Under the pieces are notes generated by a model. The model ran no database searches. It worked only from the letters and a program-made list of their open reading frames with translations, and was not told the DNA's origin. A stretch of DNA of 64,000 nucleotides, taken from NCBI GenBank assembly GCA_002269645.1, contig NIVC01001343.1, positions 1 through 64,000 of the forward strand, in the 5' to 3' direction. Positions within the stretch are counted from its first letter, which is position 1; the number at the start of each line of letters is the position of its first letter. The translations under genes were made by a program, and so were the position numbers. This DNA comes from Macrostomum lignano (lineage: Eukaryota). Positions 1 to 12,340 of the stretch are shown piece by piece.

Positions 1-579
1 TTGTTTATTTGATCAACATTTTTTTTCATTGGAAACCTGTCGGCACTTCCAACTTTTCTTCGGTCGACGCGATTTTTATTTTTACATTCAATTTTCGAAA
101 AACCAAACGACGAAACGTGAATGACTAACGCTGTCCTTCCGCTTCTGATATATTTTCTACTGTTAATTTTTTATTGATCAAAGAACAGCCCTGCTCGCTC
201 TTAAGACAATTATAACCGTGTACGAGAACGCATTGCTTGGATTTATTTTTTATTGAGACTTCCTATATCACTGTTTGATTCAAGCTTATGTTGCTTGCAT
301 AAACATTGCATAAACATTATTTCTAATCCCTACGTCATAATAAGGACTAAATGATATTCTAAATAAGCGAAGGCAAATTCCTCTAGATCCAAGATTATAA
401 AGTTAGTCCATTTTTAAGTTAGGAAAACTCCTAAAAACAGACCGAAACTCAAATCCTAAATCCCCTAATCCAACATAATAAATCCTAAAATCGCAATACC
501 CAAGTCCAACAACTCAGATTTCAAGTCCTCGTATCCAGATACCGAGTCCAGAAAGTTCAAATCCCACATCCTTAATTAC

Positions 580-1058
580 GGATCCCAATTCCTTACAATC
601 CAGATCCCAAGTTCTACAATCCAGATCCCAATTCCTACAATCCGGATCCCAATTCCTACAACCCAGATCCAAGTCCTACAATCCAGATCCCAATTCCTAC
701 AACCCGGATCCCAATTCCTTAAAATCCAGATCCCAATTCCTACAATCCAGATCCCAAGTCCTACAATCCAGATCCCAATTCCTACAACCGGATCCCAATT
801 CCTTAAAATCCAGATCCCAATTCCTACAATCCAGATCCCAAGTCCTACAATCCAGATCCCAATTCCTACAATCCAGATCCCAATTCCTACAATCCAGATC
901 CAATTCCTACAATCCAGATCCCAATTCCTACAATCCAGATCCCAAATCCTACAATCCAGATCCCAATTCCTACAATCCAGATCCCAATTCCTACAATCCA
1001 GATCCCAAATCCTACAATCCAGATCCCAAGTCCTACGAGTACAATCCAGATCCCAAGT
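580..1058. repeat. 21-bp minisatellite (TACAATCCAGATCCCAATTCC), ~23 copies, in a DCAF1 intron; degenerate lead-in from ~440
   Basis: Unit read directly; the WDLDCRN (7-aa) periodicity in the ORF track matches a 21-nt period. Confidence 0.95.
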
Positions 1059-1103
1059 CGGTGAAATATAATTCTCATTAAACAACAAGCTACAGAAACT
1101 CAC

Positions 1104-1282
1104 CACATTGTACAGCTTTCTCAAACCGTCCTGCTTGTCAAAATAATCCAAAATCAGTTTAAAGCCAAAGGCGTGAGAGAAGAACATCGTAGCATAGCAA
1201 CGACCAGTGTTATGGAGCACTCCAGCAGCCATAGGCCGTACTCGACTAAATTGGCCACTAAATCTTCTGGCAGACTGCAAAG
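1104..1282 (-). CDS. DCAF1: DCAF1/VprBP coding exon 3 (contains a 1-nt frameshift at ~1214)
   Basis: LCSLPEDLVANLVEYGLWLLECS, then in a shifted frame HNTGRCYATMFFSHAFGFKLILDYFDKQDGLRKLYNV; matches the recalled human DCAF1 segment WLMECSHASGCCHATMFF...DGLRRL. Acceptor tttcag at 1283, donor gtgagt at 1103. The gene continues beyond the left edge. Confidence 0.85.
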
Positions 1283-1614
1283 CTGAAATGTATTTGGCGT
1301 TGTGACACCTGACACAACTGATGTCTCATGACCTTTCAGGTGTGTCTTCCATAGATTCCAAGATTGACAAATTGAAACCATACACGACATTCTATGACCC
1401 AACTATCGATTTTTATGACCTTTGATGGCCCATCGCTAATGCATGACATTGATATTGATGAACTATCAATTGCATCCTGCACTATTAGATGAGCTATCCC
1501 TATGACTCACTATTAATTTTTTACGACCTATGACCTATCGGTATTACACGAGCTGACTCAACATGAAAATTGAATGACTTTCTGTGACTCATTTTTATAT
1601 TAGAAACAACTCAC

Positions 1615-2042
1615 CCTTTCCATGGAGTCCTCAAAGTAGGCCAAATAGTAGAAGGCTACAGAGACTGCAGTAGAGGACACTGAAGGTCGTCTAACTCTCA
1701 ACAGTCGTTGAACTCCGCCTTGCAGTAGAAACTCGACAGAGAATTTCTTATGGCACAGCATAGCGCACAGTAGTCGCAGAGCGTTAAATGTCAATCTTAT
1801 ATCCTTAGTAAGTCCAGGATCAATGTAGTCGAATATCAATTGTACAGCCTGACACTCGAGCATCGGAGCTAGGACCTCTTGGTATTCGGCCATTGGCACT
1901 AGATAGGTGAGGTAGAGACGCTGCTGCATCTCTATAGTTAGCGGATGCAGACTGTAGGTCCCGATACTGCCAGCAAGTACATCGCGAGTACTGCTATTTG
2001 AACAGTCGCCGTCAATGAGTTGCAGAGATGCCGCACTCGAGG
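1615..2042 (-). CDS. DCAF1: DCAF1/VprBP coding exon 2
   Basis: ...GTYSLHPLTIEMQQRLYLTYLVPMAEYQE...HKKFSVEFLLQGGVQRLL...YYLAYFEDSMER matches the DCAF1 armadillo-like region. Acceptor aactcag, donor gtgagt; phases 1/0 fit the neighbouring exons. Confidence 0.92.
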
Positions 2043-2129
2043 CTGAGTTAATTATAAATGTTTCATTTTATAATATTTAGCACGTTAAATAAAATTAATT
2101 ATAACAAGATTATAACAAGCACAGAATAA

Positions 2130-2350
2130 CTAGCCGATATGTAGCGTAAATAACTTTGTAAAGCAAAAATACACAATTAACTAGTAACTCGATCGACCAG
2201 CCGATATGTTGCGTAAAAAACTTTGTAAGGCAATAATAGACAACTAGTTACGTTATTGACTAGCCGATATGTAGCGAAAATAGCTTATTAAAGCAATTAT
2301 TCATCTAACTAGTGACTAGATCTTCTAGTTGATATGTAGCGAAAATAACT
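2130..2350. repeat. Degenerate ~65-bp tandem repeat, 4 copies, in DCAF1 intron
   Basis: Core TAGCCGATATGTAGCG(T/A)AAA recurs at ~2131, 2198, 2261, 2326. Confidence 0.8.
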
Positions 2351-2464
2351 ATCGCTGCAGTCGAGAAAAACTAAGATTTTAAAGCACGACTGTTAAAAAA
2401 AAAATTTTAGTAGGTAAAATTCAATCACAACCAAAGTGATTTTTTACATCAATTCAATACTTAC

Positions 2465-3089
2465 ATCCGTGAAGTGAATGCTGAGCATTAACAGATAGCA
2501 TTTCGTCTTTGAGCGCAATTAGCCGACGCAGTAGCACGGGAATGAGTCGGGTATTGTGAGCCCGATAGCGGAAAACAATGTCCGAAGAGTCCAGAGCAAA
2601 GCCTAACAGATTTGCAGCATAGCAACTAGCCGGCAATGGAGCGTTATCAGCTAGCAGATATAAATAGTCAATCACTTCTTCATTCTCGGTGAAGGCGTGA
2701 AACGTGTCAATCGATTGCATAGCGGTAATTAGAAATCGCATAGCAACTATAGTTAACTCTTTAACATTCTCGCAATTAGGCTTGTCCATAAGTATATAGC
2801 GAAAAGCATAGCGAACAAAGACTTCATCCCAGCGAAACAATACTTTGTACATCGCGGCCAGGGTGCTGTTGGGATTAGCTTTCGCGGGGCTGCGCTCGTC
2901 AAACGGATCTGGATCCAAATGGAAATAATTCTCAGTCTCCTGCTCTAATAGGGAACAGATTTCCAGCAGGGTTGGCACAGGGTTGTAACCGGCTTGGTCT
3001 CGGCTGCGATGCCAGGCCTCAATGAGGGTGGCTGTGCGAGCAACTGAGCTGCTTGTGCTGCCCGCATTCTGCTGCTGCGCCTGCTGCAT
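2465..3089 (-). CDS. DCAF1: DCAF1/VprBP first coding exon
   Basis: LEQETENYFHLDPDPFDERSPAKANP matches the DCAF1 N-terminus (recalled human IEKETEEYRKGDPDPFDDRHPGRADP). ATG at 3089, donor gtaagt at 2464 (phase 1). Confidence 0.92.
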
Positions 3090-4319
3090 AGCTGTGTGCA
3101 GTTATGTATTGGTAAGCTATATAATTACAGTTTACAGTTTATTGGCAGCTTCAGCACAAACTGCTGATCAATTTACTCTTGTAAGTCAATACCAGTAGTG
3201 AAGTATAAATCTGAAAGTAATAATAGTATTAAATGAAGAAGTATTTGAAAATCAAGATTTACATGCAAAATATTTACATATTTTAAAATATTTTAAAATA
3301 TAGACCAATATATCAATTATGTAATTCAGCAACTCAAAGGTTTTTTATTTTTGATAGTCTAGTTTTATATAGCAAAACAACCTATTTGTTGCAATGTTGC
3401 ATTAAACATAACTAAATGTTGTCTCAAGTAACAAAATGGTCAGATAATATCTAAGATTTACTCATACTTTTTATGTTATCTTAGATAAACATGTCCAAAT
3501 GCATTCTTTTATAGTTTGAATAGATTTGGCAAGATATTAAACTTGTTAAATGGTGCTTAAGTTTTTAAATATGCTTTATAGTTGTATAACACATCAATAT
3601 TGTGCAAAGAAAATTAATATAATTTTGCTACTTCTTTTCCAATGTAGCAATTTTCCTAACCAACAATATATAAAATTCCAAATTATAAAAATTTACTTAA
3701 AGTAGCATTTTACTTTAATTTAGTTTATAAGTATCAGTTGTACCTTTAGTACAATATATTTTTTATTTTTAGTATTTGGTATTAGATATTTTTGATAACA
3801 ATATCTACAATAAAAATAATATAAATCATTCATCATATTTTCATTTATTTAGCTATCAATCATATTAATTGTCTTACAAGAACATAAAAATGAAATATGA
3901 GATGTTTTTATAGTAGTTGAATTTTATAACAAACTATGTAGGGGTTTAATGAAAATAAAGGGAAGGAAAAAGCTAGGTGGTGGTTCTTTTAATTTTTTTG
4001 TTATAATAGGCAGGAAATAAGAAAATGGGAGAGAGAGAAAAAGGTGAAGGGTTGGCAATGCGCCTGCCATTTATTTATAGACAAGCTATTGAAACCTGCC
4101 AATTTTGAACCCAAGGAACTCCATTCCCTAGAATTATTTTAGCATGTATTCTAAAGTCTGAGGTCAAACTCAAACAAAAACTTGTTAATAGTTAGGATTG
4201 AGTTAAACATAAAATAGTGTACATTCGTGTAAAATTAGGATTTGAGGCAAACATTGATATTGTTGGCTAGGGTGCTATATAGAATATCAGGCAAACTCTG
4301 CCTCTCCCTATGTCCCTTG

Positions 4320-5215
4320 CATCCTCTGAAACTTCCATCTTCTTTTCTGTTTCCTCTCTTCTCTCTTGTCTCTTCTCTCTTTCTCTTCTTATTTCTTCTT
4401 TCTTCACTCTTCTGTCCTCTCGACCTCTCTCATTTCTTCTCTCATCTTTTCCCTCTCCCCTCTATTCTTATCTCTCTCCTCTCTTCTCTTCTCTCTGGTC
4501 TCTCATATCTCCTTTCTTCTTTTTTATCTCTTCTTATTTCTCTCTGCTCTCTACTCTCTCTTCCCTCTGCTCTCTGCTCTCTCTTCACTCACCTCTCTTC
4601 TCACTCCTTACTCTACCCTCTCTCAACACTTTCCTTATCTCTACTTTCTCCTTTTCCTCTCTTCTCTCAACTCTTTCCTTTCCTCTGTCCACTCTCTCCT
4701 CTCATCTCTTCTATCGTCTCTTCCCTCACCTCCCTTCTTTCTCGTCTTTGCTCTCTTATCTTTTGTTTCTCTTCTTTTATCTTCTCTCTTCTATTTTTTT
4801 TCTCATTTCTCTCTGCTCTCTCTCCTCTCCCCCCTCTCTCTCTCATCTCATCTCTCTGCTCTCTCCTATCCTATCTCTCTTCTCTCCCCTCTTTCCTCTT
4901 CTCTCTCGTCCTTTTCACCAATTTCCCCTGTCCTCTCGATTCTCTCCCTTCCCCTCCTCTCTCCTAACTCACTTCTCATTTCTCCCTTGTCTCCACCTCT
5001 CATCCCTTATTTCTTGTCTCTCCTCTTTTCTCTCTACTCTCCCATCTCTTGTCTGTTCACTCTTGTTCCTGCTCTCTCATCTCCCCTCTCTTATCTGTCA
5101 TCTTTACTCTCATGTTCTCTCACCTTTCTCCCCTTGTACTCCTCTCTTTCCCCTTTGTTTACTCAGGAGGACTCGATCCTTTCTTCTTTCTTCTCATCTC
5201 TTCTCTTCTCTCTTC

Positions 5216-5294
<79 letters not shown>

Positions 5295-6020
5295 CTTCTC
5301 TCTTCTCTCTCACTCTCCTCTCTCCTCTCTTATATTGTCTGTTCATTCTCATCTTTGCTCTCTTATTCCCCTCTCTCTTCTGTTATCTCTACTCTCCTCT
5401 CTACTGTGTACTCTTCCCTTTCCCCTCTTCTGACTCCTCTCTTTCCTTACTCCTCTCTTCTTTTCCCTCTTCTATACTCTCTCCCCTCTATTCTCTTTTC
5501 TCATCTCTCCGCACTCTGATCTCTCTTCTTTCATCTGTCATCTCTATTCTACTCTCTCATATTTCCTTTGATCTCACTCATCTCTACAATCTCATCTCTT
5601 TCCTCTCTCCTCCTCTTCCCTTTGCTCTATCATCTCTCCTTTGTCCTCTCTTCTTTCTCAACTCTCTCTCTCATCTTTATCTTCTCTCTTCTCACTCGTC
5701 TCTCCCCCTCTTATATCCTCTCTTCTATCCTTTCTAATCCCCCCTCTCGATCCTCTCATCTCCTTTTTGTTCTCTCATTGCACTCTTCTCTACTTTCCTC
5801 TCTCATCGATCCTCTGTCTCTTCTCTCCCCTCTTCTCTTTCCATCTTCTCACCTCTACTATTTCCTTTCCCTTCTCTCTCCCCTCCTCTTGCTTTTTTGT
5901 CCCATATTTTCTGCTCTCTCCTCAACCTTGTACGTCTTTCCTGTTATCTTCTATCTTTTCTTTTATCCCTTCTCGCCCCTCCTCCTTTTCTAAGTCTATT
6001 CCTTTTCCTTTTCACTCTCA
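4320..6020. repeat. 1.7-kb cryptic polypyrimidine/polypurine low-complexity tract with pure (CT)n core at ~5217-5291
   Basis: Plus strand is almost only C/T; the S/L/F-rich ORFs are compositional artefacts. Confidence 0.95.
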
Positions 6021-6962
6021 TCTGGCCCATAGCCATGAGCTGGATTCTTTATCTGGCCTTTGAGATAAAAATCTGCCAATCCCTGCTTCGAAAGCCAGTT
6101 TGTGGGACTTAGTACTATCATGGTTGTTATCATATCTCATGCTTTAATCACGTCATCTTTCTGGTCAATTAGCAGCCCTGAGAGGAATTTGTATATCTCC
6201 AGCTCCACTACCACAGTCTGCAGCAGTCTAACAACCATGGAAATACACATTTCTTAGGAGGCCATTTAAATTTTAAAGTCGTATGCGAATCTTGATGTTA
6301 AAATTTTCATGGTATAACTAATTTATTTTAGGATTACATTGTAATCAGTTATTCATTAATTTTACGATATTTTTACAAACCATCCCACATTGCCTTGATT
6401 TGCCATCCTTCTTTAACTGCTGCAGACTTGTCTATTCAGAGGACAGTGGTTGAAATTGAATCTCTCGCTAAACTCTCTTTTCTCCACTCCACGCCTCTCC
6501 ACTTGCAGGGGTACAAAGAATGCTGTTAAAAATTTATTCTAAAACACTATAAATTTGCTATGTACATTGAGCCTTATCTCTGATTCTTTGTCTGGACTGG
6601 GGGAATGAGTGAGTTGAGTGCCACAAACAATAGAAAAAGCAGACAAACTTCATATGCTTACAGTTTCTGTTCTAATTGAGTTACAGAGTTGAGACTTAAC
6701 ATTGAGACAGAATGAATCAATGAAGAATTGTGTCAAGTTTGAAGTCAATTGCTTCACATGGAGCAAACTTATGGCAGTCAAAAGATAGTCAATTTTCGAA
6801 CCCATTTTCTACATGTTGCCAGATAAAGAAAGAGGCAGGCAGGCAGAGGTTGGGGTGGCTGCCTTGCTGAAAAAAAACAGTCTAATTTTAAAAGTGCACA
6901 GCACCTTTTAGGATCAACTTTGAGATTTAGAATTTTTACACGATTGTGTCAAAATAGTTTAA

Positions 6963-7748
6963 GGCTCATTCCATATAAGCATGGTCGTAACATGACAGGT
7001 TATTTTTACTTATAAAATGAAATCTAATAATAGAATATACTAAACCAATATTTTAAATGAAAGATTATTTTGTCTAGAATATATTTATAGAGTTTCATTT
7101 AGATATTATCATTAGTATAGATGCTATTAAACCTTAAATGACACTTATGGTCGTAACGACAGGATTTTTGACATATAGAAACTAAAAGGTAAAAGTCTTA
7201 TAACATTTTTCATTTTTGATATTTTGCAATACATTTTTAAAATTTGACTAAGAACATCTTTAGAAATCATACTCTTTTATTAGAATATATAAACTCAAAA
7301 GGCAACAAAGATACAAAAGAAAAGGCAGCCTTATGGTCGTAACATTATGGTCGTAACATATTTTTTTCTGTCAATTCAGTAACTTTGAGGTACTAATACA
7401 TTAAAAATATAATAGATTATTTGGTCACCAATGCTTTTATCTGATGATGCAAGTACTATACTTTTATCTATAGTTTGTTTCAACCTTCAAAAGCTTTCTA
7501 TTTGTTTTTAAAAGGTACAAAATCTTAATGATGTCTTTTGCTTCGAAAAATGTCCAAATTTTTACAAAAATGACTTTTTGCCAATTGATAACATACTAAT
7601 CCAACATTTTACCATTCCTTTATTCTTAGATTGTATATATTGCACAATATAAACATTTGGTAAAAAAATAGGCTAATTAGGCAATGGCAAGCAAAAATAT
7701 TGACTTTTTTCTATTTTCCAAATATGTCTATCTTATATGGAATGAGCC
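6963..7748. mobile_element. Non-autonomous DNA transposon (MITE), Kolobok-like
   Basis: Perfect 17-bp TIR GGCTCATTCCATATAAG / CTTATATGGAATGAGCC, flanked by TTAA at 6959-6962 and 7749-7752. Internal motif ATGGTCGTAAC x4; no ORF. Confidence 0.85.
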
Positions 7749-8380
7749 TTAAGATTGTCCGTGTCAAATTTGAAGAGAATTGGTAGAAGTGGAGCAATGC
7801 TATGGAGGATTTAGTGAAAAAATTGCACATTTTGAGCAGTTTTTTGTACTTTTAGGTAGGAAGACTTGAGTCTAGGAAATTAAAAGGTAGCCTAAGACAC
7901 TCTCCATAGTAAGTTTAGGTGGATATAAAGTTTGGTGTCATTTGGTTGAGCTGTTTGGGAGTCCATAGCAATCAAAATTGTCCACAGACAGACAAAGTTT
8001 TCATTTTTATAGGTAGAGATAATTAGCACTTTTTTGTTTGCTAGTAGTATATTAATAGCTTTTTAATTGAAATATGATTAATAATAGGCCTCTATTTTTA
8101 TGAAAATTCAAATATAAGTTTTACCAATATTTTTAATAGAAATAGAAAATATGGACAACATGGTCTGTTGACTCTCTGCATTGCAGCTGGCCAGGCCTCA
8201 GATTTTTTGTTTTTTAAATTCACATTAATATATTATTATTATCATTATATTATGACTCTAGTAAATATAAAACTATACTAATATATGTATGAAATTTGTT
8301 AATACTATTTTTTCCTTTACTTTTTACTAGGCCTATCATCTAGATAGATGTATAGGCCTAACTTATTATCTTATTGACTT

Positions 8381-8767
8381 TGTAGCATACTTTATAACTT
8401 TCCCGAAATTTCTTCAGATTTTTAAAAGTCAAAAACTATTTCCAGAAACTTCTTTGAGTTAGCAGCTAATCTATAACATACGCATATAAATAGTAAATAA
8501 TTAATTATTACTTAACTATCAATGTTCTAATTATATTTACGTAATGTATATAATTAAAGAGTTATTTCGCTTTGTTAAAATTAGCTAAATCTTTCTAGAA
8601 ATTTCCGGAAGGCAATAACAAAGCTATAAATACACGGCGGCAGCAGTGAAACAAATCACTCTCTCACTCTCCCCTTGTTTTCTCTTTGATCTAAGTTACG
8701 TTGGTAAATAACTAAATGAACCACCGCCTTGCTCTTATTCAATAATCAAATTAAAGAAAATTCAACA
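8381..8767 (+). repeat. 5' LTR
   Basis: Direct repeat of 9681-10067; TG...CA ends; TATA-like CTATAAAT. Confidence 0.92.
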
Positions 8768-9680
8768 ATGGTCCGGTGAGGTGTCGAGCGATCTCTTTCA
8801 GAATGCGTGTGCATACGCACGCCCGTGACCGCTCATCATGCCATCATTCGCAATCAGCACCGCCATCGCTACCAACGCCGAAACATAGCACACCACTGTC
8901 TACTGCCCAGCGTCATCACTTCTCAGCGTGTCTCCCGTCGCTGTCATGTAATATAAATTTAGCTAAACTGTCGCCAACCTCTCTGTTCCCACATCTAAAA
9001 ACGACACGGTATCTCGTCGGTGACCAAATAAACTACGCCTACACGGGCTCACGAACGGCCATCCGATCGAGCCATCCGCGCAGCTACATGTATGACCTCC
9101 ACGTATACGTACCAGCGACATCAACCGCAGCACCGCGCAGACGCGACGTTAGCACTGGGTCTCACTGTTGCGAAAAACTCAATTAGCAATCCACAATAAA
9201 CCGGCTGGCACTACTAGCGAGTCTACACATTGCAACCTTCTACGAGGTTCCTCAATAAGCTGGTGGTCAACCAGCTGGCCTAACCCGGACGACACCCATG
9301 AATCTTCTCGGTTCTGTTTTAGCCGCAGAGCGACTACCCGCCTTGATCCCTGGCGCCTATCCATAGTTCGGGAGTTGTCTGTCTGCAAACCGGCAATAAC
9401 CCGCAGGTCGTTCCAAACTACAGCGACAAACCGCCATCCTGGAACAGTGCCGCAGAGACCACAGGCTTGTTAACCGCCTTAATGTACAATCAGTCTGAAC
9501 TCCTTGACCGCAGTGCGAGCCCAGCTGCCCCTATCCGTCTCGCGATAAACCCAGTCGTCATCTGTATTAATTTTCAGCAGCGTAATTTCAACCTAGACTT
9601 TATTCACGGTAACCCAGCATCTAATTAACATTAACTAACCGTCATACCTTAGGGACTCCGTCTCCCGTGGGGGGAACTGT

Positions 9681-10067
9681 TGTAGCGTACTTTATAACTT
9701 TCCCGAAATTTCTTCAGATTTCTAAAAGTCAAAAACTATTTCCAGAAACTTCTTTGAGTTAGCAGCTAATCTATAACATACGCATATAAATAGTAAATAA
9801 TTAATTATTACTTAACTATCAATGTTCTAATTATATTTACGTAATGTATATAATTAAAGAGTTATTTCGCTTTGTTAAAATTAGCTAAATCTTTCTAGAA
9901 ATTTCCGGAAGGCAATAACAAAGCTATAAATACACGGCGGCAGCAGTGAAACAAATCACTCTCTCACTCTACCCTTGTTTTCTCTTTGATCTAAGTTACG
10001 TTGGTAAATAACTAAATGAACCACCGCCTTGCTCTTATTCAATAATCAAATTAAAGAAAATTCTACA
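9681..10067 (+). repeat. 3' LTR
   Basis: Direct repeat of 8381-8767; preceded by a polypurine tract. Confidence 0.92.
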
Positions 10068-11599
10068 ACTTCACAATCATTTAGGCCTAGTATATTTTTA
10101 TTCTTTCAAGTCATCATTTACAACTATTAAACAAGGCACAAAAAGTAAATAGGCCTAAGTAACCATTATACTACTAATGCTACTTGCAATGAATTGTTTT
10201 ATATAAAATTATTAATTAAAGTTAGGCCTAGAGAAAGAAACTAGGCATTGTTGTTTTATGCAAACTTATAAGATCTTTACTAACCTTTATACTAAAGTGT
10301 CTATTTCTTTTAGATATTATTATTCTTTGTCAACCTTATAACTTATTTTTTTGCAAATTAGGCCTATATTAGGCTTACTTAAAGCTTAGCAATAGTAGTA
10401 GGCCTACCTTTGCTTTGAATCTTTTTCTATTTTATTTTTAAAGAGCTTCCATTGACCAAATTTTAGTTACACCACAGGCCAACTAGACCTAACAATCTTA
10501 CTTATTTTAAGATAGGCCTCAATGTTACAAGGCCTCCTACAGCTACAGGTAAAGCAAGCAAGCAAGCCTAAGTCAGTCATTGCACTGTCAGCTATTGCAC
10601 TGCAGGCGCAGCACTGCACTGAGCATGTATGGTCCCCTACAGCGCAGCTGCATTTTTACTTAAGCTAATTTTAGTAAGTAAAAATGTAAAATACATAGTT
10701 TAAAATTAAAGTCCGATTATAAATTAAATAGTTATAGTTAGCAAACAGGGTACATAAAACTTAACACGCGGTAATGAAATAATTCGACCAAAAAAGGTTT
10801 TTGATTTTTTTAATAATTTAAGCAAGCTATCTAAAGTTTAAACAAACAGTTTTAGCCTTAATTTAGTCTAGGCTATTTTTCTAGTTAAAAAATTTGTAAG
10901 TATTAAATTAAATTAAATTTTTATTATTTTAATAGCCTGTTCGACAGTCTAACCACTTCAAGTTGTACTAAACTTTAGAAGGTTGAAGTATGCATGCAGG
11001 ATTGCAGCTCATGGTTAGTGATTTCCAATCAGGCGGGGCGGCAGTAGGGCCCTGAGCCCAAAGTAATGCCAAAAGTTTTGGCTGTTTTGTTGTTTTATTC
11101 AGTGTTTAGTTTTTATAAAAAGAAACTAAAAAAACTACCTGCCTCTCTTTCGAAGCACGCCCAGCAGAACAGTAAGTGTTATTTTTCTATAGGTAACAGT
11201 ACGAAACTATTTAAAGTAAAACATTGATGAGATTGATGGGAGCTCTTTACGTGCACTAGTCGATGTACATGTAGACCAACAACTCTCTAAAAAATAATCT
11301 TATACATTTTTATGTAACTACGAGTTATTGATTGCAACCATGTAGCCCACACGCCTTTTTAGTTGCAGATTGAGTATTAATACAATAATGCAACCTGCAG
11401 TACTAGCCTCTGCTGCATATAGTATCGTTACATGTATATGTACGTATTAGAATACTTTGCGATCATTACCATCTAAACTTACATGTACATATGTAAACCA
11501 ACTATTGTATCACATAACATGTTGTACATCTATTTACATGCAAACAACAAACATGCAACAACTGCAAAATACGCTGCCAGCCAGTCAGGCGCGAGACAA

Positions 11600-12340
11600 C
11601 GTCACAGGGCGCGACTAGGGGCCTGGGCGTGAACGTAGGCTGCACTGCCGGTAGTGTCCGGGGGAGGGGCAGGAATTAGCCGGCAGCTAGGGCAGCCGAT
11701 CCGAGTGTGCGCCTGACCCCGCAGGCAGAGTGCCTGCGGCGTTAGCAGCAGCACCGGTCTGCACCGGCTGCGGACAGTACATCTCAGCTTGGAAATATGG
11801 CCTGCCAGCTGGAGTAGTCGCCGACGGCGCAGCAGTTCGCTGGGACGGGACAGACCGGTGCGGCGATTCACTTAGCTGATCTTGAAGGCGGCGCGCAGCA
11901 GGTCAGCGTGCGGGCCGCATCGACTAGCTGTTCGAGCGAATCCTTCAGCGTCCAGGTCTCGGCGTTGTACAATAGGACGGACGGTCTCGATCACCACCTG
12001 GAACGCCCGCCCTCTGGCGGTCAGGCAGGGCCTCGGACTGCAGGACAGCCGGCCTCACGGAACGCGGAAGGCAGCCCAGGCAAGTCCACGGCGACGTCGA
12101 AGATCCTCGCGAACGTCCAACACCAGACCGCCGAGGTAGAAAAACAGTTGACAGCGCGGAAGCCTCATCACCTGCCCATCTGCGCCTCGGCAGAAAATAG
12201 CAGCCTTGATGTCGTCCGGCACACAGAGCACGACAGTCTTCTACGTGATGACCACCAGGCCGAAGCTCGCCGCAACGCTCAACAGCCGGTCCAGCTGGCG
12301 CTGGGCACCCTCAACGGTCGAGCCACGCGTCGCTGCAGCA
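11600..12340 (-). mobile_element. Degenerate 5'-truncated RTE-clade LINE (C-terminal reverse transcriptase region)
   Basis: Manual minus-strand translation: STVEGAQRQLDRLLSVAASFGLVVIT*KTVVL...FYLGGLVLDVREDLRRRRGLAWAAFR, then LYNAETWTLK and ELLRRRRLLQLAGHI. These are typical post-YADD RTE motifs, with stops and frameshifts. Confidence 0.85.

Larger units (their letters stand above)
8381..10067 (+). mobile_element. Non-autonomous LTR retroelement (Gypsy-like, 4-bp TSD)
   Basis: Two 387-bp direct repeats (8381-8767, 9681-10067) with ~4 differences and TGTAG...CTACA termini. TSD ACTT on both sides; TGG-initiated PBS candidate at 8769; G-rich PPT at ~9668-9677. The 913-bp interior has no recognisable gag/pol. 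Confidence 0.92.

Noticed and set aside
4242-6112. Overlapping S/L/F-rich ORFs in all three plus frames
   Set aside because: Polypyrimidine composition excludes stop codons; not coding.
8776-9473. ORFs inside the LTR element as gag/pol
   Set aside because: Short, non-ATG, and lacking zinc-knuckle, protease, RT or integrase motifs.
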